Below are positions 48,972 through 53,020 of a DNA stretch of 53,020 bases, in pieces. The stretch comes from Alloprevotella sp. Its GTDB lineage: Bacteria; Bacteroidota; Bacteroidia; Bacteroidales; Bacteroidaceae. The stretch lies in the NCBI GenBank assembly GCA_051868755.1, contig JBJEAF010000072.1:1-53020 (forward strand). The letters are read 5' to 3'. Below the pieces are notes generated by a model that searched no databases, had not been told where the DNA came from, and saw nothing but the letters and a program-made list of their open reading frames with translations. The first letter of the stretch is position 1. Each line of letters begins with the position of its first letter. The translations under genes and the position numbers were made by a program.

Positions 48972-51584
48972 ATGGATTTCAAGAAACTCATCGAGAAGGC
49001 GTGTCCCGACGTGCTCGTCGTGTGCATCTTCCTGCTCATCAGCACCTTCTACTTCCTGACCCCCCTGAGCGAGGGCCTGGTGCTCGGCGGACACGACAGT
49101 GTGGCCGCCATGGGTCAGGGACAGGAACAAAAAGAGTATATGGCCACCCATGACGGCGAACCCACGCGCTGGTCGAACGCGCTGTTCAGCGGTATGCCCA
49201 CCTACCAGATGTCACCCTCCTACAGCGCTACCCAGACCCTTTCGAACGCCTCAAAAGCCTACGGCCTGTGGACCTCCTCCTGGTTTCCGCCCATCAGCTA
49301 CCTCTTCCTCTACCTGCTGGGCTTCTACATCCTCTTGCGCGCCTTCAACTTCAAGAGCTATCTGGCCGCACTCGGCTCCATCCTGTGGGCCTTCTCATCC
49401 TATTTTCTCATCATCATCGCCGCGGGCCACATCTGGAAAGTCCTGACGCTCGCCTTCATCCCCCCCACCGTGGGCGGACTCATCCTGTGTTACCGGGGCA
49501 AGCTGCTGTGGGGCGGGACGGTGACGGCTATCTTCACCGCCTTCCAGATTATGAGCAACCACTTCCAGATGAGCTACTACTTCCTCTTCCCGATGCTCTT
49601 CCTGGCACTTGCCTATGGCGTGGATGCCCTGCTCCACCGCCGCCTGCTCGGCTGGCTCAAGGCCACCCTCATGCTGGCCTTTGCCGGACTGCTCGGCGTG
49701 GCTGCCAACCTGCCCAACCTCTACCACACCTATGAATACTCCAAAGCCTCGCTGCGCGGCAAGGCCGAACTGAGCGCGCCCGCCGGCAGCCATAAAGCCC
49801 AGACCAAAGCCACCGACGGACTCGACCGCGACTACATCACCGCCTGGAGCTACGGTGTCGACGAAACCCTCACGCTGCTCATCCCTGACTACAAGGGCGG
49901 AGGTTCCACCTCTATACTCGACCGCGAAGGCGTGGAAAGCCTCCAGGGTTACGACGACTTTTATGAATGCGCCGGACAGACCCAGCAGGCGTTTCAGCAG
50001 AGCGGCCTGCAAGCCTACCCTCCCGGCATACAGCAATATTGGGGCAACCAGCCCTTCACCGTAGGCCCTGTCTATGTGGGTGCCTTCGTATGCTTCCTCT
50101 TCGTGCTCGGCCTGTTCTATGTGAAAGGCCCCGTCAAGTGGGCCATGCTGCTGGCCACCATGGTCAGCCTGCTCTTTGCATGGGGCAAGAACATGCCCGC
50201 GCTCACCGACTTCTTCATCGACCACCTGCCACTCTACGCCAAGTTCCGCACCGTCAGCTCGGCGTTGGTAGTGGCCGAGTTCACCATGCCCCTGCTGGCC
50301 GTTCTGTGCCTGCGCAGCATCATGGTCAACAAGCAACTCTTCAGGCTCACCGACTGGAAGCAGGCCCCGCTCGAAAAGCGTGTCGGCCTACCTGTAGCCG
50401 CCCTCGCTACAGCGGGCCTGTGCCTGCTGCTGTGGCTCTGCCCCCAGGCTGCGGGCAGCTGCATTTCGACAGCTGATGCCGACACCTTCGCCCTCATGCG
50501 CCAAGCCGGGTTCCCCGCCGAACTCGTGCTGCGCTACGAAACAGCCCTCTCCTCCATGCACCACGCCATTCTCTCGTCCGATGCCCTGCGCTCGCTCCTC
50601 GTCATCCTACTCGGCACCCTGCTGCTCTGGGCCTACGCCGAAGGCAAGATGAAGGGCTGGATGGTGTGCTCTCTCCTGGCTCTCATGTGCCTCATCGACC
50701 TGTGGCAAATCGACCGCCGCTATCTCAACGAAGACAGCTTCACTACGCCCCAGCTGCAACAGGAAGGCTTCGCCAAGACCCCGGCCGACGAACAGATCCT
50801 GAAGGACACGACTTACTATCGCGTGGCTAACCTCGGCGCAGGCAACCCCTTCAACGAAACCACCAACGCCACGTCCTACTACCACCATAGCATCGGCGGC
50901 TACCACGCAGCCAAGCTCCACCGCTACCAGGACCTCATCGACCGAAAGCTCAGCAACGAACTCCAGCAGTTTGTCGGTGCCATAAATGCTGCCGAAGGCG
51001 ACCTCAGCCAAGTGCCCGGCGACAGTCTGGCCCCCGCCCTGAACATGCTTAACACCAAGTATTTCATCTTCGGTGCCGGAGAACGCGCCCAAGCCGTGCT
51101 CAACCCCTATGCCAACGGCAATGGCTGGTTTGTAGAAAAGCTCGACTTCGTGCCCACAGCCGATGCCGAAATGGCAGCCCTGCAACAGCTCGACACCAAG
51201 CACGCCGCCGTGGCCGACGCCCGCTTCAAGGCCCAGCTCGACGGGTCACAGCTCGGCCAAGGCTCGGTGAAGCTCACCGCCTATGCCCCCAACCAGCTGA
51301 GCTATGACATCGAGAGCCAGCAAGGCGGCGTAGTGGTATTCTCCGAAATCTACTACCCCGACTGGAGCGTCACCATCGACGGACAGCCCGCCACATTGGG
51401 CCGCGCCAACTACGTGCTGCGCGCCCTGAAAGTGCCTGCCGGCAAGCACCAGGTGACCATGGAGTTCCGCCCCGCCAGCATCGACCATACCAACCGCATA
51501 GCCTATGCCGCACAGGCCCTGATGATGCTTCTCTTTGTCGGAGCCATAGTGCTGCACTGGCGGAATGCGAATAAAATGCGTTAA
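48972..51584 (+). CDS. YfhO family membrane protein (GT-C-like)
   Basis: RWSNALFSGMPTYQ, AGHIWK, NHFQMSYY, YAKFRTVS, GGYHAAKL, FSEIYYP and ANYVLRA. Confidence 0.88.
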   Translation: MDFKKLIEKACPDVLVVCIFLLISTFYFLTPLSEGLVLGGHDSVAAMGQGQEQKEYMATHDGEPTRWSNALFSGMPTYQMSPSYSATQTLSNASKAYGLWTSSWFPPISYLFLYLLGFYILLRAFNFKSYLAALGSILWAFSSYFLIIIAAGHIWKVLTLAFIPPTVGGLILCYRGKLLWGGTVTAIFTAFQIMSNHFQMSYYFLFPMLFLALAYGVDALLHRRLLGWLKATLMLAFAGLLGVAANLPNLYHTYEYSKASLRGKAELSAPAGSHKAQTKATDGLDRDYITAWSYGVDETLTLLIPDYKGGGSTSILDREGVESLQGYDDFYECAGQTQQAFQQSGLQAYPPGIQQYWGNQPFTVGPVYVGAFVCFLFVLGLFYVKGPVKWAMLLATMVSLLFAWGKNMPALTDFFIDHLPLYAKFRTVSSALVVAEFTMPLLAVLCLRSIMVNKQLFRLTDWKQAPLEKRVGLPVAALATAGLCLLLWLCPQAAGSCISTADADTFALMRQAGFPAELVLRYETALSSMHHAILSSDALRSLLVILLGTLLLWAYAEGKMKGWMVCSLLALMCLIDLWQIDRRYLNEDSFTTPQLQQEGFAKTPADEQILKDTTYYRVANLGAGNPFNETTNATSYYHHSIGGYHAAKLHRYQDLIDRKLSNELQQFVGAINAAEGDLSQVPGDSLAPALNMLNTKYFIFGAGERAQAVLNPYANGNGWFVEKLDFVPTADAEMAALQQLDTKHAAVADARFKAQLDGSQLGQGSVKLTAYAPNQLSYDIESQQGGVVVFSEIYYPDWSVTIDGQPATLGRANYVLRALKVPAGKHQVTMEFRPASIDHTNRIAYAAQALMMLLFVGAIVLHWRNANKMR

Positions 51585-51798
51585 AACGCTTTGGCAGCAC
51601 CAACTTTTTCGTATTTTTGCGGCGGTTAGAGAAGGCCAAGAAGCATGGCACTTCACCTAAAGTTGGAAGTTAAAAAGATCAGGGTTCATGATTACTGTTT
51701 CTGAGCGAATCTTACAGCCGCCCGACAGTAATCCTACAAACCTTAAACCCTTCAACTTTAAACCCTAAGTACAACCCATTTTAAATTCTATACACATT

Positions 51799-53020
51799 AT
51801 GGCAACATTAGATTTAAGCAAGTACGGCATTACCGGCGTCACCGAGATCGTACACAACCCCTCTTACGAACAGCTCTTCGAAGAGGAAACCAAAGCCGGA
51901 CTCGAAGGCTTTGAGGTTGGCCAGAACACCGAACTCGGCGCTGTCAACGTAATGACCGGCATCTACACGGGTCGTTCGCCCAAAGACAAGTTCATCGTCA
52001 TGGACGAGAACTCGAAGGACACCGTATGGTGGACGAGCGATGAATATAAGAACGACAACAAGCCCGCCTCTCAGGAAGCCTGGGCCGCTGTCAAGGAACT
52101 GGCCCAGAAGGAGCTCTCCAACAAGCGCCTCTTCGTGGTTGATGGTTTCTGCGGTGCCAACAAGGAAACCCGCATGGCCGTTCGCTTCATCATGGAAGTA
52201 GCCTGGCAGGCCCACTTCGTGACCAACATGTTCATCCGTCCCTCTGAAGAAGAGCTCGCCGAGTTCGAACCCGACTTCATCGTCTACAACGCTTCGAAGG
52301 CCAAGGTTGAAAACTACAAGGAACTCGGACTCAACTCCGAAACCGCTGTAGTCTTCAACATCACCAGCCGTGAGCAGGTTATCATCAACACTTGGTACGG
52401 TGGCGAAATGAAGAAGGGTATGTTCTCCATGATGAACTACTACAACCCCCTCAAGGGCATCGCCTCCATGCACTGCTCGGCCAACACCAACATGGACGAA
52501 ACCAGCACTGCCATCTTCTTCGGCCTCTCCGGTACGGGTAAGACCACGCTCTCTACCGACCCGAAGCGCAAGCTCATCGGTGACGACGAACACGGATGGG
52601 ACGACAACGGCGTCTTCAACTATGAAGGTGGTTGCTACGCCAAGGTTATCAACCTCGACAAGGAGAGCGAACCCGACATCTACGGTGCTATCAAGCGCAA
52701 CGCCCTCTTGGAGAACGTGACCGTAGCTGCCGACGGCACAATCAACTTCGCCGACAAGAGCGTCACCGAGAACACCCGCGTGAGCTACCCCATCGACCAC
52801 ATCCAGAACATCGTGAAGCCCGTCAGCAAGGGTCCGGCTGCCAAGCAGGTCATCTTCCTCTCTGCCGACGCCTTCGGCGTGCTGCCCCCCGTTTCTATCC
52901 TCAGCTCCGACCAGGCACAGTACTACTTCTTGAGCGGCTTCACCGCCAAGCTCGCAGGTACCGAACGCGGCATCACCGAGCCCACTCCCACCTTCTCGGC
53001 TTGCTTCGGCCAGGCCTTCC
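51799..53020 (+). CDS. pckA: Phosphoenolpyruvate carboxykinase (ATP), 3'-truncated by window edge
   Basis: Absent from the ORF track because it has no stop. Reads [58 protein letters not shown]. -7 box TATTTTTG at 51612-51619. Confidence 0.96.
   Translation, partial: MATLDLSKYGITGVTEIVHNPSYEQLFEEETKAGLEGFEVGQNTELGAVNVMTGIYTGRSPKDKFIVMDENSKDTVWWTSDEYKNDNKPASQEAWAAVKELAQKELSNKRLFVVDGFCGANKETRMAVRFIMEVAWQAHFVTNMFIRPSEEELAEFEPDFIVYNASKAKVENYKELGLNSETAVVFNITSREQVIINTWYGGEMKKGMFSMMNYYNPLKGIASMHCSANTNMDETSTAIFFGLSGTGKTTLSTDPKRKLIGDDEHGWDDNGVFNYEGGCYAKVINLDKESEPDIYGAIKRNALLENVTVAADGTINFADKSVTENTRVSYPIDHIQNIVKPVSKGPAAKQVIFLSADAFGVLPPVSILSSDQAQYYFLSGFTAKLAGTERGITEPTPTFSACFGQAF

Overview
GC-rich chromosomal segment of a Bacteroidales bacterium, most likely Prevotellaceae (inferred from TAnnTTTG -7 promoter boxes, T9SS-type C-termini and gene content). 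It holds about 35 protein genes, mostly housekeeping: secDF, mdh, miaB, rpsO, rnr, ptb-buk, dsbD, gltX-waaA-GT4-GT2-recX, prmC, ribD, ftsX-uppP-truB-queA-folK and a truncated pckA. There is also a surface/secreted block (M6 protease, a PCMD-porin-calycin cluster, an Omp28-like protein). I see no transposase, integrase, CRISPR array, rRNA or tRNA. The unusual content is intergenic: (i) a 489-bp element with ~142-bp inverted arms, hairpin tips and iterated GGCTGAAGGG motifs; (ii) a REPIN-like palindrome family that extends outward in ~63-bp modules; (iii) a second REP family, with one copy nested inside the first; (iv) micro-arrays of a palindromic hexamer plus variable linker; (v) a 21-bp-period repeat family; (vi) a ~60-nt promoter-to-terminator sRNA. 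On the protein side, a FolK-GNAT fusion and the PCMD/porin/calycin cluster stand out. All calls were made by eye, with no database searches. Several start codons were moved downstream of the ORF-track starts.
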